From Flavobacteriaceae bacterium (GTDB lineage Bacteria > Bacteroidota > Bacteroidia > Flavobacteriales > Flavobacteriaceae): a stretch of DNA of 32,000 nt. The stretch is taken from assembly GCA_965224465.1 (NCBI GenBank), contig OZ245049.1, positions 2,910,001-2,942,000 of the forward strand. The letters run 5' to 3'. The notes under the pieces were generated by a model. It saw only the letters and a list, made by a program, of their open reading frames with translations. It had not been told where the DNA came from and did no database searches. Shown here in pieces: positions 8,868 to 18,415 of this stretch. The position numbers and the translations under genes were made by a program. Position 1 is the first letter of the stretch. Each line of letters opens with the position of its first letter.

Positions 8868-10448
8868 TTAGACATCTAAAGAAAAAGAAGAAATTCTTTG
8901 CAAAGTAAAGTAAAAACATGTCCCGATACCGAGTTCAGAAGTAGCCCATATTGTACCTCCATGTTTTTCTACAAACTCCTTACACAAGACTAAACCTAAG
9001 CCAGTTCCTCTTTCGTTTGCTGTACCCACAGTAGTCGTTTTATGTGCAATATCAAACAATTTAGACAGGTTATCTGCTACAATACCCACTCCAGAATCTT
9101 GGACAAAAACAGTGATAAAGTCGTCACCCAATCCTACTTTGTTTTTGACAGCTCCAACAGTAATAAGGCCTCCATCATCTGTAAATTTTAATGCATTCCC
9201 TATAAGGTTTCTAACAATCGTAGATAGCATGTTTTTATCAACAGAAATAAGGATATCTTGTGGTATTTTGTTTTTAATGGTAATAGATTTTAACTCAGAA
9301 GGAAGTTGGAGGGTTTTAATAATAGCATCAAAAAACAAAAATAGATTTTCTTCTTCTGGCTTAAACTGAATCATATTTGACTGAGACCGGGACCATAGCA
9401 ATAGATTTTCCAAAAGACAGTAGGTGTTTTCGAGATTTACATGAATAATTTTAGAGAAATAATGTTTTTTCTCATCATTTAGCAAATAATAATCCTCCAT
9501 TAATAAATTTGAAAAACCCAACATAGAGTTAAAAGGATTTTTAAGATCATGTGCTACGATAGAGAAAAATTTATCTTTGGCATTATTACTCTCAATCAAT
9601 TCCCTCTCACTTTTTTCTAAGCTTGTTTTTACTTTCAGAAGATGTTCTTCTGTAATTATCCTGGCTGCAACTTCTTGTTTTAGCAATTCTTTAGACGCCA
9701 TTGTGGTTTTTAAACGGTTCAACATCTCTTCAAAAGCCATGGCTAAAGCACCAATTTCATCTTTTCTAGTTACATCAAGCTTATCATCAAGATTTCCTTG
9801 ACCGACAATTTCCATTTCATTTCGCAATATATTAATTGGTTTCACAATAGAACACACCATCAAAGAACCAACAACAAGAATAACAATAGCACTAAAAAAA
9901 AACAATGTTAAATGCACAAAAAATGTGTTTTTTATTGCCTTTTCAGAGCGCAGTACATTAACATTCAACAACCTAAATTCCTCACTCCTAATTACGGAAA
10001 CTACATGTAGTAATTCATTCACCTGAGTATACATTCTCTCCTCCACATGATCACCCTCCACATCCGATGTTAAAGCCTTCCATTTAAAATCAATCAGATC
10101 CTTAAGAAGGTTTATTCTTTTAGTTTGTGCGGGGTTACTAACTATTATCTTATTTAAAAAATCAACTTTTGAATAAACGTTTAGTAAACCAGTAGCATAA
10201 GAATCTAGACCGCCTAATGTGTCTGTTTTCACAAGATTCTTTTTAATTTTCAAGTCAATTAAGCTAGCTTCTATATGTTCAATTTCGTTCAGTACATGAT
10301 GCGTATGAACTATTAAGTTTTCACTTTTGATAATCTTATTTGAATTTTCTAGTGAAACTAAAATAACGGTAATAACCACCAACATAATAATAGAAAACCC
10401 AATAAAAAGGCGTGTTGAAATCCGAGTATCTTTTAAGTTCAATTTCAT
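8868..10448 (-). CDS. sensor histidine kinase (TM, CHASE3-like periplasmic domain, TM, HAMP, HisKA, HATPase_c); no receiver domain
   Basis: 526 aa. Two TM segments (FIGFSIIMLVVITVILV and FFVHLTLFFFSAIVILVVGSLMV). HAMP-like IVKPINILRNEMEIVGQGNLDDKLDVTRKDEIGALAMAFEEMLNRL. H-box FFSIVAHDLKNP (His codon 9551-9549). N and G boxes NLIGNALKFT, DSGVGI, GTGLGLVLCKEFVEKHGG. Confidence 0.9.
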   Translation of the reverse strand: MKLNLKDTRISTRLFIGFSIIMLVVITVILVSLENSNKIIKSENLIVHTHHVLNEIEHIEASLIDLKIKKNLVKTDTLGGLDSYATGLLNVYSKVDFLNKIIVSNPAQTKRINLLKDLIDFKWKALTSDVEGDHVEERMYTQVNELLHVVSVIRSEEFRLLNVNVLRSEKAIKNTFFVHLTLFFFSAIVILVVGSLMVCSIVKPINILRNEMEIVGQGNLDDKLDVTRKDEIGALAMAFEEMLNRLKTTMASKELLKQEVAARIITEEHLLKVKTSLEKSERELIESNNAKDKFFSIVAHDLKNPFNSMLGFSNLLMEDYYLLNDEKKHYFSKIIHVNLENTYCLLENLLLWSRSQSNMIQFKPEEENLFLFFDAIIKTLQLPSELKSITIKNKIPQDILISVDKNMLSTIVRNLIGNALKFTDDGGLITVGAVKNKVGLGDDFITVFVQDSGVGIVADNLSKLFDIAHKTTTVGTANERGTGLGLVLCKEFVEKHGGTIWATSELGIGTCFYFTLQRISSFSLDV

Positions 10449-10734
10449 TCTGGGAAAATTTTAATTAATACTTACAATCTATATCGAATATATATATATT
10501 TCGGGCATTCAATATATAAAAAACTTATCACTTGATAAAGAAACAATGCAACAGAAAAAAAAGACACTACTATTCTTGTTATTAGACAATAACAGCTAAA
10601 ATAAACCTGAATTTAATTGAATTTCGTATAAATAATTGACAAAAAAAGAAGAATAACAGGAGTATTCCAAAAATTCCACCCTACAATAAAAACCCAAAAT
10701 TTAATAAATACGTCCTAAAAATAGGGCGTACACA

Positions 10735-11679
10735 CTACACATTTCCAAGAATATCATCTACAGCCTTTTGATAATTTCTAGCATTTCCAGCTTTTTTTAT
10801 CTTTTTATATGTTTTTCTAGGATCGGAAAACGATTGAGAAAAGTACTCCCAAAATCCTAACATTTTCATTCTGATAGGAACAGGTCCAGACAAAGCTGCA
10901 TCGTATTCTTGATACAGCGTATCATGAAAATCTCTAAATATTTGCCATCTGTTCTCGGGATAATCTAAGGAATTACTTTTAATCATACTCGGTAAAAAAG
11001 GATCTGAAATAAGTCCTCTCCCTATCATAAAATGATCAATCCCAGGAAAACGTTCTTTCATTTCTCTATACACCTGCACCGATGTAATATCTCCATTGTA
11101 ATATAATGTATGTTTCGTATGATCCACGCATTTCTGAAAAGCATCTAAATCAACCCCTCCTTTATACAACTGTTTCCCAATACGGGCATGAATGGCAATA
11201 TTTTTAAGCGGGTATTTATCAAGAATAGGAAATACATCTAAAATTTCAGTTGCATCTTCATAGCCCATACGCATTTTCATAGATACAACCACATCACTTT
11301 CGTTGTGAACACGTTTTAAAATATGATCAATTTTAGCTGGGTCACAGATAAGTCCAGAGCCCATTCCTCGTTTGGTTACCATAGGATACGGACAGCCTAA
11401 ATTCCAATTCAATTCTTTATACCCCAATTCTTGAATGTATTTTACAACAAATAAAAACCCATCAGCATTATTGGTCATCACTTGAGGAATAAGGTCTAAC
11501 GCAGTATTATTTTCGAGCTTTAAATCTCGCTGATTGGATGATTTTATAACTAATTTTCCGTCCAAACGGATGTAAGGTGCGTAATAGGTATCAATCCCTC
11601 CAAAAAAATGATGAAAGGCATTTCTAAATCTAAAATCTGTAAAACCTTGTAATGGAGATGAAAGTAATGTAATGCTCAT
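10735..11679 (-). CDS. tRNA-dihydrouridine synthase (Dus) family flavoprotein
   Basis: The track ORF runs to 11955, but its first 92 codons are low-complexity read-through of the divergent promoter region. ATG at 11679 (MSITLLSSPLQGFTDF) gives 314 aa. It has the NLGCPYPMV catalytic-Cys motif and a later IHARIGKQ motif of the Dus TIM barrel. Confidence 0.85.
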   Translation of the reverse strand: MSITLLSSPLQGFTDFRFRNAFHHFFGGIDTYYAPYIRLDGKLVIKSSNQRDLKLENNTALDLIPQVMTNNADGFLFVVKYIQELGYKELNWNLGCPYPMVTKRGMGSGLICDPAKIDHILKRVHNESDVVVSMKMRMGYEDATEILDVFPILDKYPLKNIAIHARIGKQLYKGGVDLDAFQKCVDHTKHTLYYNGDITSVQVYREMKERFPGIDHFMIGRGLISDPFLPSMIKSNSLDYPENRWQIFRDFHDTLYQEYDAALSGPVPIRMKMLGFWEYFSQSFSDPRKTYKKIKKAGNARNYQKAVDDILGNV

Positions 11680-11953
11680 GAAATAAATTATGGTGCAAAT
11701 ATAAGGAGAAGCATTCAAAAATAAAAGAGAAAAATTAATAAGGAATAAAACAAGGTTTCCTGTAAAAAAATTAAAATTGTTATCGGTATCAAAACAACTA
11801 TCAAGCAAGATAAAAAACAATTGGAATTGATTTTCCTGATAAAAAAAACAGGCCCCACCCCTATGATTTATTGGTGTTTGCAAAACTTTAACATTAAAAC
11901 TTTTACAGTTGATAGTATTACTATTATATTCGCACGCAATTAAATTATATCCC

Positions 11954-12622
11954 ATGAAAAATTTACATATTCAAATTGAAATTGGTCCCGAATTATATTC
12001 GAAAAATCCAGATTCGTCTGTATTGGGTCAAAAGATAATTTCGAAGAGTATTGAATTGATTCATGAGATTGGTTTTGAAAACTTCACCTTTCGAAAACTA
12101 GGAAAGCTCATCAATTCGAACGAGAGTTCTATTTACAGATATTTCGAAAACAAACACACGTTACTTGTGTATTTAACAAGTTGGTATTGGTCTTGGATAG
12201 AATACCGATTGGTCTTTGCAACTACCAATATAAGTTCCCCCAATGAACGCTTAATAAATTCTATAAAAATACTGACACAGCAAGTAAAAGAGGACAATGC
12301 ATTTGGATATATAAACGAGGTCTTATTGAGTGAAATTATATTTTCAGAATCTATAAAAGCGTACCATACAAAAAACGTAGATGAAGAAAACAAACGTGGG
12401 TGTTTTAAAGCATATATTGGGGTTGTTCACCGTGTGAGTACAATGGTCTTAGAAATAAAACCAACATACAAATACCCTCACATGTTAATTTCGACGGTGA
12501 TAGAAGGTGCACATCAACAAAATTATTTTGCAGAGCACCTGCCAAAATTAACCGACATCAGTAAAGAAAGTGAAGCCATCACTAATTTTTATACAGAAAT
12601 GGTTTTCAATTTTTTAAAATAA
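11954..12622 (+). CDS. TetR/AcrR family transcriptional regulator
   Basis: ATG at 11954 (MKNLHIQ...). N-terminal HTH FTFRKLGKLINSNESSIYRYFENKHTLL. Divergent from the Dus gene. Confidence 0.8.
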   Translation: MKNLHIQIEIGPELYSKNPDSSVLGQKIISKSIELIHEIGFENFTFRKLGKLINSNESSIYRYFENKHTLLVYLTSWYWSWIEYRLVFATTNISSPNERLINSIKILTQQVKEDNAFGYINEVLLSEIIFSESIKAYHTKNVDEENKRGCFKAYIGVVHRVSTMVLEIKPTYKYPHMLISTVIEGAHQQNYFAEHLPKLTDISKESEAITNFYTEMVFNFLK

Positions 12623-12799
12623 ATAAAACAGCAAAAGAAAAACAAATTTACAAACAAGCATTCCCGTAAAACAATGTTGATAATCAGAGTTTTACAAACA
12701 AATAAACGAACAATATAGATACGTGTACCACAAAGAGACTTTGCCTAGACAAGACAACAGTAGCTAGCTGATACAGAATTCATAAACAATAAAAAACAC

Positions 12800-14632
12800 A
12801 TGAAGAATTTTTTTAATTTTAAACACTTTAAAGGAGACTTATTTGGTGGAATCACCGCCGGTATTGTCGCACTACCTTTAGCCTTAGCATTTGGAGTAAG
12901 TTCTGGTTTGGGCCCAAGTGCAGGACTTTACGGCGCTATTTTTGTCAGCTTTTTCGCAGCACTTTTCGGAGGAACCAACACACAGATATCAGGACCTACT
13001 GCTCCAATGACTGCCGTAAGTATGGTTGTAATAGCAGGAATTGTAGCAACGTTTAACGGAGATGTCACAAAGGCCTTACCTGCAATTCTAACTGTATTTA
13101 TCTTGGCAGGAATCATCCAAATAGGTTTAGGATTTATAGGACTTGGAAAATATATAAAATACATTCCCTATCCCGTAGTTTCTGGATTTATGACCGCTAT
13201 TGGAGTGATTATTCTAATTACACAAATTCTCCCTTCCATTGGTTATTACCCAAAAGAAGACCTTGAATATGTATCAGAATATACACCACAAGCCCAAGAG
13301 GTTATCCTAGACAACATCCTTAAAGAAGAAGCCGGAGAAGGAATTCTGGTCTTAGAAAACTTTAAAGAAACCATCATTCGGGCTGCAGATATTACCAAAG
13401 AACAACTACAAAAAGAATCAGAAACCTTAGCAGGGAAAGAAGCCTCTGGAGTGATCGGGACTTTAAAAGTATTGCCACGTGCATTACAAAACATCAATTG
13501 GTTAGAACTTCTATTAGCGCTAGGAACAATTATTATTATCTATGGATTCAAACGCATTACTACAAAGATACCTAGTACACTGGTTGCCCTTTTAGTAATG
13601 TCTGGTATTGCCATTGGATTTAAGCTCAATTACCGCCCTATAGAAGAAATCCCTGGAGGGTTGCCAATTCCAAATTTCGCGATTTTTACGGAATTTAACT
13701 TAGGAAGCATTACTCCTTATATTTTTACCGCTTTAACCTTAGCATTGCTTGGCGCAATAGATTCGCTACTCACATCTGTAGTGGCAGATAATATGACCAA
13801 AACAAAACACAGCCCAAACAAAGAATTGATAGGTCAGGGAATAGGAAATAGCATTGCTGCAATTTTTGGAGGGATTCCTGGAGCAGGTGCCACTATCCGA
13901 ACCGTTGTAAATATTAATGCAGGAGGAAAAACACGTTTATCAGGTATGGTAGCTGGGGTTTTATTATTAATTATATTGCTCGCATTGGGACCTATCGCAT
14001 CACAAATTCCCGCAGCAGTATTGGCAGGAATTCTAATTACCGTAGGTATTGGAGTTATGGACTATAAAGGTCTTAAAGCGATCCCGTACATGCCAAAAGC
14101 AGAAGTCATTATTATGATCGTTGTATTGATCCTTTCATCGGTATGGAACTTAGTCTATGCAGTTGGAATAGGACTGGTGATAGCATCGTTAATGTTTATG
14201 AAAAAAATAGGTGATTTAACCGCAGAACACTCCGATGTAAAATCCTTGAAAAAAGAAAAATCATGGGCAGATGAAAAGGACTTTCCAGAGCATTTAAAAG
14301 AAGAGGTGTTTATAAAGCATATCAAAGGGCCATTATTTTTTGGATCTACAAGTGATTTCCAACGTTTAATGAATCAGATTCCAGACACCGCACATACTAT
14401 TGTCATAAGAATGGGACGAATGCCGTACATAGACCAATCAGGTTTATACGCGCTTGAGGATGCATTGGTAGAACTTGTAAGACAAGACAAAAAGGTACTG
14501 CTTGTTAATGTATTAAAACAACCACAATACCTATTAGAACGCATAGACATTATTCCTGACCTTGTACCAAAAGAACAATTATTTACAAGTTTTGACGATT
14601 GCATTACTTGGATCAAAGAACACAGACAATAA
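12800..14632 (+). CDS. SulP (SLC26) family anion transporter with C-terminal STAS domain
   Basis: 610 aa, many TM segments, N-terminal FKGDLFGGITAGIVALPLALAFGVSSG typical of SulP. The C-terminal ~120 aa are soluble and STAS-like (IKGPLFFGSTSDF...IVIRMGRMPYIDQSGLYALED). Confidence 0.9.
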   Translation: MKNFFNFKHFKGDLFGGITAGIVALPLALAFGVSSGLGPSAGLYGAIFVSFFAALFGGTNTQISGPTAPMTAVSMVVIAGIVATFNGDVTKALPAILTVFILAGIIQIGLGFIGLGKYIKYIPYPVVSGFMTAIGVIILITQILPSIGYYPKEDLEYVSEYTPQAQEVILDNILKEEAGEGILVLENFKETIIRAADITKEQLQKESETLAGKEASGVIGTLKVLPRALQNINWLELLLALGTIIIIYGFKRITTKIPSTLVALLVMSGIAIGFKLNYRPIEEIPGGLPIPNFAIFTEFNLGSITPYIFTALTLALLGAIDSLLTSVVADNMTKTKHSPNKELIGQGIGNSIAAIFGGIPGAGATIRTVVNINAGGKTRLSGMVAGVLLLIILLALGPIASQIPAAVLAGILITVGIGVMDYKGLKAIPYMPKAEVIIMIVVLILSSVWNLVYAVGIGLVIASLMFMKKIGDLTAEHSDVKSLKKEKSWADEKDFPEHLKEEVFIKHIKGPLFFGSTSDFQRLMNQIPDTAHTIVIRMGRMPYIDQSGLYALEDALVELVRQDKKVLLVNVLKQPQYLLERIDIIPDLVPKEQLFTSFDDCITWIKEHRQ

Positions 14633-14649
14633 TTTTTTAAAGACATCTA

Positions 14650-15276
14650 ATGAGAACACAAACAAAATTAATCCAAGAAAATTTAACGTCAAAAGACGCA
14701 CATAACATACTCGTAGAAGGAAACAAACGATTTGCACAAAACCTAAAAGCACAAAGGAATTTAAAAGACCAAGTAATAGAAACAAGTACGGGACAATTTC
14801 CGTTTGCGGTAATCCTGAGTTGTATTGACTCTAGGGTGCCTGCAGAACTTGTTTTCGATCAAGGAATAGGTGATATATTTAGTGTTAGAATCGCGGGAAA
14901 CATCGTGAATACAGACATCTTAGGATCTATGGAATATGCGTGTAAAGTAGCAGGTTCCAAAATTGTAGTCGTTATGGGACACACCAAATGCGGTGCAGTA
15001 ACTGCTGCATATCAAAATGTACAGTTAGGAAACATTACTAGTTTATTAAATAAAATTCAGCCTGCCGTAAAAAAAATAAAGGAAGAAAAAGAATTAATAG
15101 AAGAGATTGCTATTGAAAAAACAGCCGTTTTAAATGTAAAATTATCTATTGATAAAATCCGAATTGATAGCCCAATACTCGCAGAGATGGAACGCACAAA
15201 CGAAATTGAAATAGTAGGAGCAGTATATGATGTTTCTAACGGAGTTGTAACATTTATGGACTCCTACAAAAAATAG
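14650..15276 (+). CDS. beta-class carbonic anhydrase
   Basis: 208 aa. Zinc-ligand motifs SCIDSRVP and GHTKCGAV. Starts 18 nt after the SulP stop. Confidence 0.9.
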   Translation: MRTQTKLIQENLTSKDAHNILVEGNKRFAQNLKAQRNLKDQVIETSTGQFPFAVILSCIDSRVPAELVFDQGIGDIFSVRIAGNIVNTDILGSMEYACKVAGSKIVVVMGHTKCGAVTAAYQNVQLGNITSLLNKIQPAVKKIKEEKELIEEIAIEKTAVLNVKLSIDKIRIDSPILAEMERTNEIEIVGAVYDVSNGVVTFMDSYKK

Positions 15277-15339
15277 CTCTTAACTTGGTTTAATTCTTAT
15301 TGATTGATTGTTGATATTACTAAATTTAAGAGTTTAAAA

Positions 15340-15397
15340 GGGAGGCATTCTAGTAAACCTGTAGTACGGTTTAGTCTGAGTTGCTTCTCTTTTTTTT
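15340..15397 (+). terminator. intrinsic terminator after the SulP/beta-CA pair
   Basis: GGGAGGCA (15340-15347) pairs with TGCTTCTC (15382-15389, two G-U pairs). An inner AAACC/GGTTT stem is present and a T8 run follows. Confidence 0.55.
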
Positions 15398-15433
15398 ATG
15401 AATTTAAACCCTAATCATTTAACCTCAACCCTT

Positions 15434-15916
15434 CTAAAACAATTCTAACTGTCCACTAGGGCTCTCCAACTCCAACAACCATTTCTTACGCCATATACCA
15501 CCCGCATATCCCGTTAATGAGCCGTCCGACCCAATAATCCTATGACAAGGGACTACAATCCACAAAGGATTCTTACCATTGGCAGCTGCAACAGCTCTGA
15601 TTGCTTTTACATCTCCTAAAAATTTAGACTGTTCCAGATAAGAACGTGTTTTCCCAAAAGGAACATCTCCTAAGGATTTCCAAACTTTCTGTTGAAATTC
15701 GGTGCCTTTTGGATTCAGTTTTAAATCAAATTGGCAGCGTTCACCTGCAAAATATTCGGAGAGTTGCTGCACACAGTCAAGAAGGCTTGGATGCACTTCC
15801 TTACAAATACCTTCTTTATCATCCCCAACAGAAACACTAGAAATCCCGTCAGCATTGCCAATAATAGTAGCCAAGCCAATAGGAGTTTTACAATATGCTG
15901 TATGTTTAGATTCCAA
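15434..15916 (-). CDS. ogt: methylated-DNA--protein-cysteine methyltransferase
   Basis: 160 aa with the active-site motif VPCHRIIGSDGSLTGYAGG. Its start overlaps the TatD stop by 11 nt. Confidence 0.9.
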   Translation of the reverse strand: MESKHTAYCKTPIGLATIIGNADGISSVSVGDDKEGICKEVHPSLLDCVQQLSEYFAGERCQFDLKLNPKGTEFQQKVWKSLGDVPFGKTRSYLEQSKFLGDVKAIRAVAAANGKNPLWIVVPCHRIIGSDGSLTGYAGGIWRKKWLLELESPSGQLELF

Positions 15917-16673
15917 AAATATCTTTTGAATTTTTTGTGGTAACCTCCGCTATTTCTTCAACTGTAGTTTGGTAAATATCAGCTAATTTCTCGACCACTT
16001 TTAGAATATAACTAGATTCGTTTCGCTTCCCTCGGTACGGGCTAGGCGCCAGATAAGGAGCATCCGTTTCTAAGACAATATTCTGCAATGGAATTTGATT
16101 TAAAAACCTGTCTATCTTTCCGTTCTTAAAAGTAACAACTCCGCCAATCCCGAGCTTTAAATTATAAGAAATAGCCCGTTTTGCCTGTTCTAAATCACCC
16201 GTAAAACAATGAAAAATACCGAATAAATCATCTCCTTTTTCACTTTCTAAAACTTCGAATATTTCGTCAAAAGCATCTCTACAATGAATAATAATGGGTA
16301 GTTTAAGTGCTTTTGCCCATTGTATTTGAGTTTTAAAAACCTGTTGTTGCTCTTTTAAAAAGGTTTTGTCCCAATACAAATCTATTCCAATTTCTCCAAT
16401 CCCATAAAAAGAACGTTCTTCCAATTTTTGTTTGATAAAATCCAACTCGTCCTGATAGTTTTCTTTGACATACGTAGGATGCAATCCTATAAGTAAAAAA
16501 GCGTTTTCTGGATAGTCTTTTTCAAGAGAAATCATAGAATCATAACTCGCCATATCAATAGCAGGAATAAAAAATCTACGAACGCCAGCATCGATTGCAC
16601 GTTGCATCATGGCATCTCTATCTTCATCAAATTGTTCGCTGTATAAATGGGTATGCGTATCAGTAATTATCAT
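15906..16673 (-). CDS. TatD family metal-dependent hydrolase
   Basis: 255 aa. N-terminal MIITDTHTHLY (HxH metal site), later IGEIGIDLYW, PIIIHCRDA, FHCFTG, LLETDAPYL. Confidence 0.9.
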   Translation of the reverse strand: MIITDTHTHLYSEQFDEDRDAMMQRAIDAGVRRFFIPAIDMASYDSMISLEKDYPENAFLLIGLHPTYVKENYQDELDFIKQKLEERSFYGIGEIGIDLYWDKTFLKEQQQVFKTQIQWAKALKLPIIIHCRDAFDEIFEVLESEKGDDLFGIFHCFTGDLEQAKRAISYNLKLGIGGVVTFKNGKIDRFLNQIPLQNIVLETDAPYLAPSPYRGKRNESSYILKVVEKLADIYQTTVEEIAEVTTKNSKDIFGI

Positions 16674-16731
16674 GCGGCAAATGTAGTTTTTATTTACGAA
16701 TTAAACCTAGCAAACTATTTTCAAATCGGCT

Positions 16732-17460
16732 TTACAAACGACCTAACAATTCCTGTGCCTTTTTATATTCTCCAGCCTCTGGTGAGATTTTTTCTAAGGC
16801 ACTTTTACACCATTCCAATTTTCCTGATTTTAAATAACCAAGAGCCGTATACCACTGGGCTGTATATTTATAAACAGATGGGCCATTTGTGATCGGTTCT
16901 AAAACGGTTAAAGCCGTGGCAATTTTATCTGTTTCTATTAAAGCAATACCGTAGTACAATTGCCATTCTACATTTTTGGGCGAGGCACCTAACAACTGTC
17001 TTAATTTAGGCAATGCTATTTTATAATCTCCTGAATTAAAAGCATTTTCAGCGGCGACACTTATTGAGTCATCAGTCCCTCTAGTTCCAATCTCTAATGG
17101 TTGATGCATGGCATATTCAACATAACTAGGCGGATCAACATCATTAAATATATAGACAGAAAACAAGACTAGTAGACTGGCAGCTACGCCTATCCATACA
17201 AACGAATACAAGGAGGTAGTCCTGCCTTTTTTCACTGTTTTTTCTTGAAGCCCTAATGTAGTTAAGGTAGCTCGGAGATCCTGTGCTCCTTTTGCGTGTT
17301 CTATTCTAGATTTCAAGGACCGCTCTACATCGGAGTACTCTTGGAACGCAGCGTTAAAATCTGTATTTTTCAACAACTTATTTTCAAAGGATTGCAATTC
17401 ATCTCCTTTCAATTCACCATTCAAATAAGCATCAAATATTAGGTATAAATCTTCGTTCAT
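16732..17460 (-). CDS. single-pass membrane protein with periplasmic TPR-like domain; probable anti-sigma factor
   Basis: ATG lies 1 nt after the sigma gene stop (coupled). N-terminal helical region MNEDLYLIFDAYLNGELKGDELQSFENKLL, one TM (LYSFVWIGVAASLLVLFSVYIF) and C-terminal TPR-like repeats. The anti-sigma role is inferred from position and architecture. Confidence 0.6.
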   Translation of the reverse strand: MNEDLYLIFDAYLNGELKGDELQSFENKLLKNTDFNAAFQEYSDVERSLKSRIEHAKGAQDLRATLTTLGLQEKTVKKGRTTSLYSFVWIGVAASLLVLFSVYIFNDVDPPSYVEYAMHQPLEIGTRGTDDSISVAAENAFNSGDYKIALPKLRQLLGASPKNVEWQLYYGIALIETDKIATALTVLEPITNGPSVYKYTAQWYTALGYLKSGKLEWCKSALEKISPEAGEYKKAQELLGRL

Positions 17461-17461
17461 C

Positions 17462-18040
17462 TCAGTCGTTTTTTAATTGATCAAATTCTGCAGCATTGCG
17501 AACAAGTTTGGTGATTTGTCCAATGCATTGCGATTTTTTTTTGCGAGCATAACCATAGGTTACCCCCAATTTTTCAGCTACTTTCTCCATGGATTTTAAT
17601 GCAAAAGCCAACTTAATTATTTCTTGGCATTTCTTTCCTAATTGGACAAACATTCGATCTATTAGTTGACTTTTTTGTTCATACAATAATGTATCTTCAG
17701 ACATGGAAATTTCTTCCTTACTTATAGATGTAACTTCCTCCAAAAATGTTACCTCTTTACGACCTCTTTTCCGCAATTCGTTCAGCCATTTTCGTTTACA
17801 TACCAAGAAAAAATAAGCATCAAAAGGACAGGTAAGTATGAGTCCTTTTTCTAGAGCTTGATGATAAATTGTCACCAAGCTTTCTTGAATAATATCCTGA
17901 GCATCATCATAATTACCACTATTCTTAGAAATATAACGCACTACTTTGGGCGTAAATTTTTGATACAATTCCGATAAGACCCGCGCATCGTTCTGAACCA
18001 AGCCCTCTATATATTTATGATCGTTGTGTTTGACTGCCAA
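17462..18040 (-). CDS. ECF-type sigma-70 family RNA polymerase sigma factor (start uncertain)
   Basis: Region 2-like DDAQDIIQESLVTIYHQALEKG...FDAYFFLVCKRKWLNELR and a region 4 HTH SMEKVAEKLGVTYGYARKKKSQCIGQI. There is no 5' ATG. TTG at 18040 gives 192 aa, and the track ORF uses TTG at 18100. Confidence 0.8.
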   Translation of the reverse strand: MAVKHNDHKYIEGLVQNDARVLSELYQKFTPKVVRYISKNSGNYDDAQDIIQESLVTIYHQALEKGLILTCPFDAYFFLVCKRKWLNELRKRGRKEVTFLEEVTSISKEEISMSEDTLLYEQKSQLIDRMFVQLGKKCQEIIKLAFALKSMEKVAEKLGVTYGYARKKKSQCIGQITKLVRNAAEFDQLKND

Positions 18041-18415
18041 TGTAAAAAATTTAGGCTTTAAAGGTAGTAAAAAAATAGTGGCATTAAAACAACACCTCAA
18101 AACAAGAAATAATCATAAAAAGGGTCACAAAATTTAAAGACAGTGATATATCAGTAGAAACCTAAAAATATAGAAATTATGAAACAATTAATACTGGTAG
18201 ATAAAATGGGTTTGGAAACACAGACCATCCAATCAGACGCTATTAAATACACACCGCAATTTAGCCACATTAATTAATGGGAGATTGCAGAAAAAGAAAA
18301 ATAATTGAATTAAATAATAATTAACATCCAATAAATTATAACTGACCGAAAACAAACTGTCATTAAAATTTATTTGGTATCACATGAGGCAAATGCCGAC
18401 AAAAACATAGAAATT

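Noticed and set aside
9112-9801. + strand ORFs 9112-9369 and 9577-9801
   Set aside because: They are antisense shadows within the histidine kinase gene.
11680-11955. N-terminal 92-codon extension of the Dus ORF (track start 11955)
   Set aside because: The extension is F/N/L-rich low-complexity sequence and overlaps the divergent TetR start. The Dus homology begins at the internal ATG at 11679.
12133-14785. Minus-strand ORFs 12133-12393, 12928-13164, 13246-13497, 14374-14646 and 14579-14785
   Set aside because: They are antisense to the TetR, SulP and beta-CA genes and have no motifs.
15646-16892. + strand ORFs 15646-15840, 15702-15929, 15731-15943 and 16647-16892
   Set aside because: They are antisense to the ogt, TatD and anti-sigma genes, which have strong motifs.
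18041-18100. Upstream TTG (18100) as the ECF sigma start
   Set aside because: It adds 20 residues (RCCFNATIFLLPLKPKFFT) that look non-native for a sigma-factor N-terminus. TTG at 18040 gives a typical length, but neither start is verified.
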